A stretch of 64,000 nt of DNA from the NCBI GenBank assembly GCA_051294375.1, contig CM119266.1:10869834-10933833 (forward strand), in the 5' to 3' direction. Source of the DNA: Paraspadella gotoi. Lineage: Eukaryota; Animalia; Chaetognatha. Of this stretch, positions 34,031 to 46,706 are shown one piece after another. Below the pieces are notes generated by a model. That model saw only the letters and a list, made by a program, of their open reading frames with translations. It did not search any database and was not told the DNA's origin. The position numbers were made by a program, and so were the translations under genes. The first letter of the stretch is position 1, and the number at the start of each line of letters is the position of its first letter.

Positions 34031-36010
34031 CAGTGAACTATCTTGAAGGAGCTATTCGTTGAAAAGGGTGGAATGAAATTCGATGATTATTTTTTCCACG
34101 AGGGATCACGAGTGATTAGTCGATCTTAAACAGAGTCGATTGTCATGTCGTTTTCGACGGAGACGACGACGACGACGAGACGGACACGACGACGACGACG
34201 ACGATTTCTCCTGATCGCCTCTCAGTCACAAAGAAATAACAAGACCTTTGCATAGCGACATTTCTTTAGACACATAGAGAGAAAGAGAGAACAGAGGGAG
34301 AGGAAAGAGACAGAGAGAGAGAAAAAAATAGAGCGAGAAGAATGGGGATGATCAGAAGCGTCGTATGAAAATATGTTCTGCTTTAATGCTCATTTGTTAA
34401 AAACATGGATTGTGTCTCTTTTATTCACGGCAAGACGACGACGACATTGACGCCATTTTTAAGGTCAGACCGACACTTCTCCACTGCGCAGGCGCGGGGA
34501 TTCGGTTTCAAACGTCAGAACGAGAAAAAGGAAAAACTTCACCGTTTGATCAAATCAACGATTTCTGACAGATAAATTCAAAACTCGGTCGACTTTTAAA
34601 GTTTTTATGCGGTCGGAGAAAAATGACTTCTTTTATTTCTATTACTTCTGTTCAGGTTTTTTATGAATGAAAGGAAGCAGAAGTACGAAATTTACGGCTT
34701 AAATGAAACGAGAACTTTAGCGCATAAAATTCCCTTTTTTAAAAAGCTTCACTCAGTAAAGAACAGGCATCAAATGTTGAAAGCCTTGAAGACGACCAGT
34801 TCAATCGGTTAAAAAAAAATTGTTTCGAACTCGGTTTTCTCGAAGCTCCGAATAGTCACGTTTTTAGCCTCTTAACAACAAACTTCCCTTCCCACGTCCA
34901 CTTCATTCCATGTCAAGTTGTTTTTCCCACTTTTCGAGAATTTTCTCCTTCGTTCCACCGCGTAGCTTTTTCGCGCTTCCATTGCTCCTTCCATCGTTCG
35001 CTTTGCCACGTCACGGCTTGTCACGTCGTCGGTCGTGCCACGTTGACCTCCTTGGCGCAGACGCCGATGAAGGACGTCGTCTTCTCTTTACCTTCCCGCC
35101 GAAGAGAGAGAGGAAAAAAAAGGAGGCAGCAGCCATTCGTAGGCGCATGGAACTTACCTCCGATTGGGTCATCCGCTTCGTCGTCGTCGTGTCGTCGTCG
35201 TCGTCGTCGGTCTTCTTTCGGCAAAAAAATCTTCGTCGACGCGGTTCTATGGTGCAGAAAGACGTGAAACTTATTCGCATGAAATTTCCAATCTCGCTTT
35301 GCTGCGAATTTAAACGCCGGCTCCGATCTGCTGAGATTGAACGAGGGTGTCGGTCGGAGTCCGCCGCCTGAGAAAAAGAATGAAAGCGGCAACTCTGTCA
35401 TTGACTCCTAAGTTCATCGCTAAACGATCACAATGTGATTGCAAAGCATTATTCAAATTGGGTATTTTATTAGATAAAAGGAAAGTTTAAAAACTCAGAT
35501 TTAACCAGGATATTTTCCGGCAAATTTTTTAACTATATTAGAAATGCTGAGCGAACGACAGTTTGGCAAAATATGAAAAAGAAGCATGAGAAATAAAGAG
35601 AGGTTAAAAGTATTTACGGTCATTAATGCGAAAAGAGGATAGGGAAGGTCTTAAAGAGAAGAGAGAAGTTATTGAAAGAGCATCCGTGGCCTTAACTCCT
35701 CAAGGATTAGGGTGTACGTTCACGATCTCGAATGAGAGAAAACAAATTCTTGGTGAGGAATTTCGCGAGTTGAAAAATCGTTTTTAAAAAATGGGAGAGA
35801 GAGAAAACTGGGATTATATTAGACGAGCCTCGTTTCGAATTCGGCGCAAAGTGAGGTGAGTTGAAAAGATATTGAATATCGTCTGAAAAAAAAAATCAGC
35901 GGCGGAATTTTTTTGGCGATGAAAATCTTCCTTGCAAATTCTGCCATTTTTATTCTTTCTCTCGGTATTCAAACTCGATCCCTTCCTTTCCCTATCTCTC
36001 TCTTCTCCTT

Positions 36011-36041
<31 letters not shown>

Positions 36042-36168
36042 TTTCTCTCTCTCTTCTCTCTCATCTTCTCTCTACGGCCCCCATGTCTCTCTCACCTCTA
36101 TTTTTCTCATTATATTTCCCCTTCCCCTTCCATACCCTATCGCTCTCGTCTCTCTCGCTACCCCCCCC
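30160..36168 (-). repeat. Inverted copy of ~23585-29770 plus the adjoining GA/TC hairpin; ~6-kb arm of a fold-back
   Basis: cgcggttctatggtgcagaaagacgtgaaactt (35240-35272) is the reverse complement of 24520-24552. gttgatgttgatgcatccgagttgat (~32884) is the reverse complement of ~27096-27121. Confidence 0.92.
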
Positions 36169-36193
36169 NNNNNNNNNNNNNNNNNNNNNNNNN

Positions 36194-36752
36194 GAGAGAA
36201 GAGAATGAAGGAGGATGTGGAGAGATGAACGGAGGAGAGAGGGGAGAGAGAGGACTGATAGCAGATGGACGAGAAGAGGGAGGAGAAGAGAGAGAGAGAC
36301 GATAGGAGAAATTTTTTGAAACTTTCGAATTTCCTTCTCACCGAAGAAAAGTCTTTAAGCAGCGGGAGATTTTCGAAATGGTCGAAGGCGGACGACGACT
36401 CCGCCGCCGCCGCCGACAACGACGACGACAACGAAGAATAATTCGAGGACCGCGACGAAACCGAAGACGGGAAAAAAAGACTGCGCCATTCGAGCTCTCA
36501 ATTTGTCAACAGATTTTTTCCTCGATTCTTTGACATCTTCGTCGCGTCAGAGGTTAAACAATTTATCGGTGAACAACCGATGTCGTGAACAGCGGGGACA
36601 AATAGAAAAATCTAAATATTCAATGGGAATATGTAAACATCTTTTAAAAAGATACGAAGACTCACCAAAAGCCAAGTCAGCCTATTTATTTAATGAATTA
36701 TCAGTTTTCATTTAGGTTGTTAAAATTTCATAAGCATTCAAAAATGAAAAAA
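36194..36752 (+). repeat. Direct copy of ~18190-18700
   Basis: gaagaaaagtctttaagcagcgggagattt and aaaagccaagtcagcctatttatttaatgaatta are shared with 18283-18646. Confidence 0.9.
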
Positions 36753-39700
36753 AAAAAGAGGGAGATATATATATATATATTATTATTAGATTGTACACAG
36801 ACGCTTCTCTGATATTAGTGGACCGGCCCACACTGAGAATGGGCGCATCTGGATTGGTATATATATATAGAGAGAGGCGAAATTTATCGAGAAGAGCAGA
36901 CCGACGTGGCACGATAGCCACTGCAAGCATTAGCGCAGAGTGTCGGAATTGTAGAGATCTGCGTAGTGAGCGAATGAGTAGTGGAAAAATAATTACATAA
37001 CTTCGCGTAGTTATTATTTTCATTGTCGATGTCATAATTCTGAGTGGGAATGAATTCAGAGCGCGATGCACGATCAGATACAGAATTTGATTTTCATTTC
37101 TATCCATATATATTATTTACTTCTTTATTATTAAAGAAATTCACTTGTAAATTTGCACTTGACCATATATTATTAATGTCTCTTCTAGGATATTTTATTT
37201 ACAAAGTGATTTCTTGCTTATTGCATGTGATTATAGATATTTTTTATATTTTCGTTTTATAATGTGTAATATATTTTATCCAGTCTTCAAAAAATAAACT
37301 ATGAGAGTTTCAAAATTTTTTATTGATATTTAATATATTGCTGAGTTTTAAAATATGTTTCACATTCTAGCCACAAATTCCCAGTCTCATATACTCACAC
37401 AACTAACTCGCACCTCTGATCAAACTGAATTTCTGTCTATCACATTGTTATTGAGACATAAGAGAGTCTTTATTTTCAACCCTCACGGCAACAGCCTCAC
37501 AGCAAACCGAAACCTAAGCAGCATAGATCAACACTAATAATTTACTCGGGGAAGTGCCTTTCGCAAAGCCATGGCAAGGAATGCCTCGAGACCACACTCC
37601 CACTAGCAATCCCGACCGGGCTCACCCATCTTCCACGAAGTTGCACTGCGTTGCGAGAACTCCGTCGGAATAGCCAGAGCGCGGAAGAGGAAGTAGGCAT
37701 ATAAGAGATAATGATGAGCTATGCAGCTCGGAGATTCATGAGATATCTGCGCCAAATCTTCAGCTGTCGTGTATCTTCGTCGACCTCATGCTGCATGCAA
37801 AGAGATACGATGCAGTACGAGACATGAGAAACTTCGTGACAACTAATCCCTCTCACTTACAAATACCGTTCACATATTCTCTGCGTAGTAGTTCAAGAAC
37901 TTGAAGAATCAATAGCTTATACATTTAAAACGATCATCTGACTAAGGTGGTAGGGCAGTTATAGGGAGGATGAGGCTATCCGATAGCACCATGTGGACAT
38001 GACATGACATGTAACCATATATATACACTACTGTGAATCTTTGAGTTTTATGTACATCTTTTGCATTTTTCATATTTTTTTTCTTTTTTAAATGCTTTAT
38101 ATATAACTGTTTATTATTCTACACGCAGCAGTGGGAAAAAAAAAGAACAGAGCTCGAGAATTATTATAATATTGTGGCGGAGATTGGATGCGATCAATTA
38201 TTACCGTTATACCCAAAGCTTATTAAATATTTTGTTTGCTATTTATATGTGTCAATATGAGAAGTTGGTTATGCATACTACATATAATCATTTTTAACTC
38301 ACATATGAGATATGTGAGATAATAAGAAGAGGAAACGCAATTATTGTTCTAACCATTATCTCCTAACATTCATTCTGTGTCTACTATACTACTTCTCTAT
38401 ATACAATAAACAAAATATACACACAAAAATACACGAACGCCTAGTGACATTTCCACACTCACCTCTCTCTCCTACCTCCTACGATGTACCCATCAAAATC
38501 AAGTAACTCATTTATCTCCTCTTCTTACGTTTATATATCCCGTCTGTTTCGAACACAGCAACGACACCTTATAACCTCACCTTCTTTGCGTCTTAAAGCA
38601 CACCAGAGAATGCATATATACTCTCTCACGATACGAGACCATTAACGAAAGTTTCACTCTTTAATGTCGACAACTATTATTCTTCTATTCTACGTTTTTT
38701 CTTTAACTTAATGTTTAAACAGATTATGCATTTTAATTGCTCGAACACTTATGAGCATCTTAATTTTTCTCGGACAGGTCTCACGTTTCGATATATCATT
38801 ACTATTTACTAAGTGAGTCCTCTATAAGAATTTTAGATTTCTTCTCAGGGCTCTCACTTTTAACTACATCAATAACACCACATCACGCTCCAAATCAAAA
38901 TTCTTCACTAACAATGCACTGTTTTTTGGAGGGAAAAGTCAGTCCTAAGTCAGGAGATACTCTACTCATTTGCGTCACATCGAATTTGCATACGCCCCAA
39001 CACCGAAGGTCGGTATTTAATTTATCTCGAGACACATTCTCTCACGGTATTTCGTAATCTCAGATCAAATCTTTCTACACATCTTATTAAACTTCTCTAT
39101 CGACTTACAATATCTTCTAAACAGTCTAGCAGTGCGCGACTGTGTAGAGACCGAGAAATTCATATTTCCTTTCTTTCTATTAACGACAGGAGCGAATAGG
39201 AAAGAGATATATCATGGTAAACGGCGAGTAAATAAACTTGTTCTCTTCACTAATGTCGAAATACAAAACGCCATAAGCGCTAACGCACGTCGCATATACA
39301 GAACACATAGTATTGTCATCTTTTCCAGCTTTCATCCATTATTGTTCTTTATATCTATATGAGCCGAGCAGAAGTTCTGTGATGACAGTATCAGAACTAT
39401 ACGAATATTAATATATCACTGATCACACTTTGAATTTATTATTGATGTTATTAGTTCCATATAAACTTTATATGCAGCTATATCAATCAATTATAATAGT
39501 CACAGCATGTTATAATTATAATTTAGTTGTATATTGTGATATTTACTGACTATATGTGGTACTAACATTAAAAGCAAGAATGCGTATGATACTAAAATAT
39601 TTGTTTAAAATACAATTGCGTTAGTTTCTCATACGCAAGACAGCCGATGTATAAATAAATTGTCTATTGTTACGTTTCCATCGTATCTCTGTTCGTAACA

Positions 39701-40069
39701 TCTTCGTCTAATTAATAAACATCTCTGCAAACACACAAAAAATAAAGTTTAAACAAAAACACATAGAAACAATTTTAAACACGCAGACCGCCAAAAAGTC
39801 ATAGGTTCAGGGAAGCAAAAAATGGCTTGCGCGGCATAAAGTAATACGCCACAGTGAATTTACACTCAAGGAGATAACGAGTAATGAAAACACACTCGGG
39901 TTTTTATATTCATGATTTCACAAAAAACTATATTTTTTTTAAGTACAATAAACTTTCATAACGCTTATATATACTCTTTAAAAAAATTTTTTTTTGGAGC
40001 GGTTTCCAAAATTTTTTTCCTACGATTGAAAGATAACTTTTTTGACTCTCTGACTACCATCCTGTCCTC

Positions 40070-40575
40070 TCCTTCTCTCTCCTCCTCTCTCTCTCTCTCT
40101 CCCTCGTCATCATCTCTCTCTCTCCCTCTCTTTGCACCCATACGTTTGTTTCAATTTTTTTTCCATCTCGCTCCGCCGGAAATAAAAACTGAAAGTCTGA
40201 AAGTTTGAACCGAGGTGAACGAGCCTCCGCTCTTGCCCCCGCCGCCGTCGTCCAGCCGCCGCCGACCGCCGCCGCCGCCGCCCGCCGTCGCGACCGCCGC
40301 AGCCACCAGCTTCCTACCAGTATTTTTTTTCGGATTTAGAAAATTTATGCCTCATTTCTTTCCGCGGAGGTGAGGAAGCTGGAACAAGATCTTAGGGGGG
40401 CGGAGGGACTCGAAACTCTCTGTACTCAATATGGTAAGGTTACCCGTGGCAAGGCAAGCCTAAGTCGTAAATTCCGAGCGGAGGCCGTTTACGGTACGAC
40501 TTATTTTTTTTTTCAAGTTGCTGAGAGATTTTCCGAAGGCAGATTGTAACATTTTTTTTGGGTCGATTTCTTATT
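40070..40575 (-). repeat. Inverted copy of ~18700-19190, ending at a 25-N gap
   Basis: aaaaactgaaagtctgaaagtttgaaccgaggtgaac (40184-40220) is the reverse complement of 19021-19057. Confidence 0.88.
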
Positions 40576-40600
40576 NNNNNNNNNNNNNNNNNNNNNNNNN

Positions 40601-41620
40601 ACCCCCCCCCTCTTATTGTCCCTCCTCTCCCCACCTCTGATTTACTCCCGCCCCTAGCTTTACTTTCCCTCTCTCCCCCCCTATGATCCACTACACCTAA
40701 CGCGTTGAATAATTTAGCCCATAGTGTCTCCATTTTCTTCTTACCTTTCTTCTTTCCAAACTACATATTGCTCGAACCAGATTTCTCCACATGTTTTTAC
40801 GTGCCTCGATTTGTTTAGATTCGTAACTCTTCTCTCTCTCTCTCTCTCTCTCTTCTCTGTCTCTCCTCTCTCTCTCTCTCTCGCTCTCTTCTACTGAATT
40901 TCTCTCTCTCAAACTCTCTCTTCTCTCTCTCTCTTTCTAAGCCCTATCTCTCGACGACTCAAGATACCGGATGTAACACGAACAAATGTTTCCTCGCGGG
41001 CAGAAAGGTGCGAATCACGGCGATTAACGTTCTGCGTCTTCGACCAACGATCATCCTCTATCACCTCTCTCTCTCTCTCCTATTCTTACGATACACAGTC
41101 TTTGCCAGAAAATAAACACTTATCGAAAATCGTCAACTTGTGAGTTATAATGATAATGTAATTAATGAAATCTCTATCAGACGATATCCTTACCTTACAT
41201 TACATTTCTAGCTTGAAGAAATGTCTATACATTCTACTATAAATTCTTTCTTCTTCGCGTACCTCTACTCGTTCTATCTACATACTCTCTATCTCTCTCT
41301 CTCTCTCTCATTCTCTGCTCTCTATACTACTACCCTCCTCTCGTCTCGCGTCCCTCTCTAACACCGCTCCGTTTTGCTGTGCGAATAGATTTTTCCTCCT
41401 CTCGCTTCTCGTACGTGTATAAAAGATACATTACACAACTGAAAGTCTGAAAGTTTGATCCGAGCGATGAACGAGCCTTGCTCTTGCCCGCCGTCGTCCA
41501 GCCGCCGCGACCGCTCGCGCCGCCGATCCCGCCCGCCCGCCGCAGCCACCAGCCTTCACACCTTTTTTTTCGGTTGAAAATTTATGCCTCAATTTACTTT
41601 CCCTGAGTAGGAGGGAACAA
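40601..41620 (-). repeat. Very noisy inverted copy of ~18880-19695
   Basis: aactgaaagtctgaaagtttga again at ~41437-41458; aacgcgttgaa (40699) is the reverse complement of 19591-19601 with one mismatch; heavy insertion noise. Confidence 0.8.
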
Positions 41621-41697
41621 CTCTGAGATGAGACTATAGAAACACAAAATCTCCTCGTTACGAGATACTTCCTCCTCTTCGTTTTTGAAATGATGAA

Positions 41698-42130
41698 AGG
41701 AAGAAAACAATAAAAGATAACTAGAATTCCTTCCTCTCTCTGTTCCACAATATTAAAAAAATGTAGAAAGCACAAAATTAGATAAATAGCAAACAAAATA
41801 GGTAACGGATAGATACAGACAAAAAATCTCGAGCTCTTGTCTTTTTTTTCCCACGTGAGAAAAAGAACATAAAAAACATAAAAAAAANNNNNNNNNNNNN
41901 NNNNNNNNNNNNAGTTTTAAATTGTCTTAGAAAACACACTGCAAAACAAGTCACGATATAAAACAACATCAGTAAACCAACAGCAAAAGTGGAAAAACAA
42001 AATGGGAAAGGCTGTGCATCTCTTGGCCGCCTCACTCCTAAAAAAATAGAACGGAAAAGAGAAAAAACAACAAGGGAAAGGATCCACTCTCTTGCCCTAA
42101 GCATCTCCGATAAATGCTCTGTGGCGTCGT
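41698..42130 (+). repeat. Direct copy of ~19700-20020
   Basis: ggatagatacagacaaaaaatctcgagctcttgtc at 41807 vs 19810. Confidence 0.85.
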
Positions 42131-44189
42131 CCGTCACGACCATAGATTGTAATTTTGTTTATTAAGCAATTTTGTAGTGGGATTTTAAGTGCAGTTTCTT
42201 ATGTATTTTTTTGACAATGATTAGAGTTCTTAATTTTTAAGGCACTGCTGGAGACTGCCGCTGAAATAATGAATTTGTTGCATTAAGAATCGAAATTTGG
42301 CAAAAAACATTAATGAATAGTGCCTATCTAGCCACTAGATTGCTTAATACTAGATATATTATCTTCTGTACACTGTGATACCGCTGTTATACCTTTTTAG
42401 GTATTTTTTTTGTATATTAACGACGCGGAGCGTGCGAGTAGAATATTGGCTCACATTGCTGGTAGTCTTTTAGCGTGACCGCTTTGTGGCCGAATTCTAT
42501 GCCGCGTTTTTCAAGCTTTTCGACGAGTGTTCTTCTTTAACGCGGCGAAAATTAGGTGAAATAATATTCAGTTTGTGGAACAGATCAAGTTCAGCGGCGA
42601 AACCGTATGGACTGTCAGGGAATCCAGTAGTTTCCTCCTGTAACAAACACTCAGCTCTCTCACTTATGTCTTCGTATGCTTCGCGGGTCGCACCCCGCTT
42701 GATCACGTCGGACATGAAGATGAACATTGAGCATAGCGGATTTTCAATCTCACAATTAGACGTATGTCAGAATAATGACAAATAATCAGTGAAGTAATGT
42801 TTACTTTTTTAATATGAATAAATGAATTGGCGAAATAGAAATGTATTCTTTCGCGTCGTCGTCTTCCAATAAATCTGTTTTAAAAAATGATTGGATTTCC
42901 GTAACAGACTAAGTGTTTGATTAGGTTCAGCCGATCTTTCATACCCGTGAGAAATACCGGATTATGGATCTGAATTACGAAGTGATTCGGAGATGCTTGT
43001 GGCCTGATTAAGAGAAGTCACGAGAGAAGTGACGTCGAACTAGTAAAAAGACATGATACTAGGTTCCCCAATATTTTTCGCAATTAGCTTAATATTTATT
43101 TTCTCGGTGGGTAAAGGCAGATAAAGATCGAATTCTTTTTGTTTCAATACGATTTTATTTAAAGATGGACCGAAAGTTTTTTTTTCAATTGCGTAAAGGA
43201 AGCTGCTTTCAGAAGTAATAATATGTAGTGTTGGTTTAAAAAAAATTAAGATAGGAAGAGAGAGTGAGGAGAGACGAAGATGAGGGTTAAAGATAGATAA
43301 GAGATATAGCATATAAAAGTTAAAGTATGATGAATTTGTAGAGATGAGCAGATATCTAGAGATGAGGAGTTTTGAGGACGAGCTGAAGATAATCTGATTT
43401 ATATGCTCAGGATAGGAATGGGAAAGATACACGTCGTATCCTAAATTTGGACATGCTCTAAGAGGCATAATTTGGCTGATGCGAACATAATGGGGGGGGT
43501 TTTTCCAGATGGTCAGCGTTAAACTGCCGGCTACTTGTAATATTTTACGTATTTTAAAATCTTAAGTGTTCTAAGTTCTAGTTTTTTCATCACAACAATT
43601 AACAGTAGCTTTTGTTTTCCCCACGATACCCGCTTCGCGCCCCTAGGGGAAATAACAGAAATCAAAGGAAGGTGAAATAAAAATAATTATTAATTTAAAG
43701 TGCTTTTTTAAATTTTGCGCGAACTAGATGTTGTGAGCATATTTGTTCGTCGAAGATTGTTTATGATAATTATTTAATAAACGATGTTAGTGAGAGAGAG
43801 AGAGAGAGAGAGAAAGCGCGAAGATGGCGATTTATTCGCCGTCAATAAACTTTTCACTTCCAGCGGGTCGCAGTTGCAGAGGAGGGCCTGGGGATTGATG
43901 GGGGTAAATCGTCTCTTGCTGCGGTCGGTTTGCCGTGAGCGTTTGGAGGGAGTGCGGCGGTAAAATGGAGGCGAGTTTGAGAGTTAGAGAAACTGATGAT
44001 TGACATTTAAACGGAAGAAAAAAATATATCTCATGAAAAAATTAAAAAAAAGCTAAATCATAAGAAAAACTATAAAAAAATCTAGAGGAAAGGAGGAAAA
44101 GTGATCTTAAAATAAAAAAAAAGAAAAAAGAAAAGAAAAGGAAACAGAGAAAAAAAACTTCGCTGATTCGTCGACGATTCATTCGTTGG

Positions 44190-44408
44190 CCAATAAACGC
44201 TGTTTAATTTCCTTGTCCCCACCAATCACCGCTTAGATTCTTCGACCAATCATCGCCTTTCGACTCCGTTTTTCCCCCTCAAATCCAATCAGAGCGCCCA
44301 TTGGCCACAATATCAGAGAAACCAATCGTGGACGACGCGTCGCGTCCTATTTTCTTCAACCTCTCCTCCAATCGTAGTTCGCGCCGGCCAAAGCCTGGTA
44401 CCGATTGG
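44190..44408. promoter_or_regulatory. Homotypic CCAAT-box (NF-Y-type) cluster, version B (8 boxes in ~220 bp)
   Basis: CCAAT at 44190, 44222, 44246, 44285, 44322 and 44368; ATTGG at 44300 and 44404. Most are in CCAATCA/CCAATCG context. Confidence 0.6.
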
Positions 44409-44644
44409 CTGGCGGTCCCGGAACCTCGACACGCCTCCACGCGGGCGCTTTCTTTTTCTTTCTCTCTCTCACTCTCTCACTCTCTCTCTCACGCGAGCAC
44501 AACGTGAAAAAGAAACGACCGCCGACAGAGGGTGCCATACATCCTCATTCTCACCGAGACAAGAATGACAAAAGCACAACGATATCCACGTCCATTACGA
44601 CCGACGAGGAATTTCGAAGTCTCCTTGTTTCCTACTTCGCTTTC

Positions 44645-44786
44645 TTTCCTCCCCTTTTCGTCCTCTTTCCTCCCCTTTTCTTCCTCTTTCCTCCCCTTTT
44701 CTTCCTCTTTCCTCCCCTTTTCGTCCTCTTTCCTCCCCTTTTCTTCCTCTTTCCTCCCCTTTTCTTCCTCTTTCCTCCCTTTCTCC
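44645..44786 (+). repeat. 21-bp polypyrimidine VNTR, 6 full units plus a partial, version B
   Basis: TTTCCTCCCCTTTTC(G/T)TCCTC units start at 44645, 44666, 44687, 44708, 44729 and 44750. Translates as FLPFSSS repeats in the ORF track. Confidence 0.92.
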
Positions 44787-46667
44787 TTCCTCCCTTTTTT
44801 CCTTCCTTCGTCTTTCGATTCGATTCCGTCTGAGAGAGCGATTGGGAATTTTCGCCTCGAGGCTACGAAGGTTTCGACGCGCGAGATCGAAACGGTCCGA
44901 CCCCGAGAGTCGGGGGTTTGTTTAGAGGACTGGGGATGGGGGGGGGGAATGAGCTTTGCTTGAGGGGAGTCGAGATGGCTGAGTCTAGATATTTACACCA
45001 CACTATTGGATTTTAATAACTATTTATATATTTAATATATCTCTTCAGTGTGTGAAGGAACATTTATTCAAGCAAATAATTTGGTAATAATGACGATTCT
45101 TTTAGTCGCGCTATATACTAAATCCACTAGAATGTTCCAATCCTCTCTTGTGGATAAAAGACGAGAGAAATTAAAGGTTTCTTTGCTACTGAATTGAAGA
45201 GACGAATAAAAAGTCGTCTCGAGAGAACAACAAGAAACGAGGCTTCCTTCGAGATTGTGGAGTTGACATTTTTATCGGAGATCTGGCTTCGTCGTAAGAG
45301 GGTTTAAAATTGAATCAGTGGTTTTGTTCGTGAATGGATTTTACTACGACTGAAGGTTTGAAGATTTTCACGTTTGTATTTTACCCTCATCTTGATCCGA
45401 AACCGCTTTTTCTTCAAAACTGCACACATTAAAAAGATCTTTGCAACTAAAGGGACCACAACAAAAAGCTACCTTAAAAAACATCACCGGCTTGTGTACT
45501 TCGTTTCGTCTCCCACAATAAAACGTTAAAACATCAGCAAGAACCCGAAGAAGAACACACATTAACCAAAAAACTAGAAGAAGACAACAACGACAACAAA
45601 AGCTGAAAAAAAAATCCGTTCCTAGAAAAAAAAAAAATCTTTCTTCCTTTCCGCTTTTTCGAAATTACGAAAAAGAGGGCATTTAATTCGAGCGAGAGAG
45701 CGAGCGAGTGTGAAAACCAGAACAAGAGAGAGAGAGAGAGAGANNNNNNNNNNNNNNNNNNNNNNNNNAGAGTTAGAGAGAAAGAATGTAGGTGAAGAGA
45801 AAAGAGGTTGGCTAAAATAATATCAAGAAAGCGGAAAAGAATTGTGCGGGCCATGGCATGGAGAATCAATCTCTGTTCAAAGCTACCAAACGCCGAAAAG
45901 AAACCTCGAGAGATCTGGGGGGCCAACAAAAAAGAACGGAGGGGGGGGGTGAATGAAGTAGGGATGTGGAGGGGGGAGGTGTGAGAGTTGAAAAAAGAGG
46001 GTGGGGGGTGGTCGAGGGAGGGATAAACTTTTTGTTTTCTTCAATTTTTATTATGGCATTGCGTAAATTGTTTGTTGTTTGAAGATGTGTCTTTCACTTG
46101 GTGTGGTCTATGAGTGGTCAAAGACGGAGAGGCGTAAAAATACGAGAAAAAAGTTAAAAAAACAAAATATACGTTTTTTTATTTTATCATAGCAGTCTTG
46201 GTATTTGTATATAACCGGAATTGGGAGTTTTGTTATATGAAGATAGGTATACTGGTTATCCGTGTAATGTGGAAAAATCGTAACCCTGGGTCGTCGTTAT
46301 CATCAGTCGCATCGTACGTCGTCTGTCAGCTCTCGTACAGTACAAGAGTTATATGCAACAAGAGGAAAAAGGATATAACATTGCTTGCTAAACTCCCTGA
46401 AAACTCAGCTTCGGGACAGTCAACAGATCAGGAAACCCTAAGGCACAGCATACTACAATTTCAAGGAGAAAGCATAGTGGGCGGTTGCCACGGAACCATC
46501 CATGTGCGTTGTTGTGTTGGCAGGGACCCTATCGTACTCTTCGGTCCTCTCTTCTCTAAAGAACATCCCTCTCCCTCAGTCTCGCTCCTCTTTCTTCGCT
46601 TGCGTACTACTTCCTCACTCCTGCTGCGTCTCGTGGCGGTGCGGTACTTGCTCTTCTCCTCCGACTC

Positions 46668-46706
<39 letters not shown>

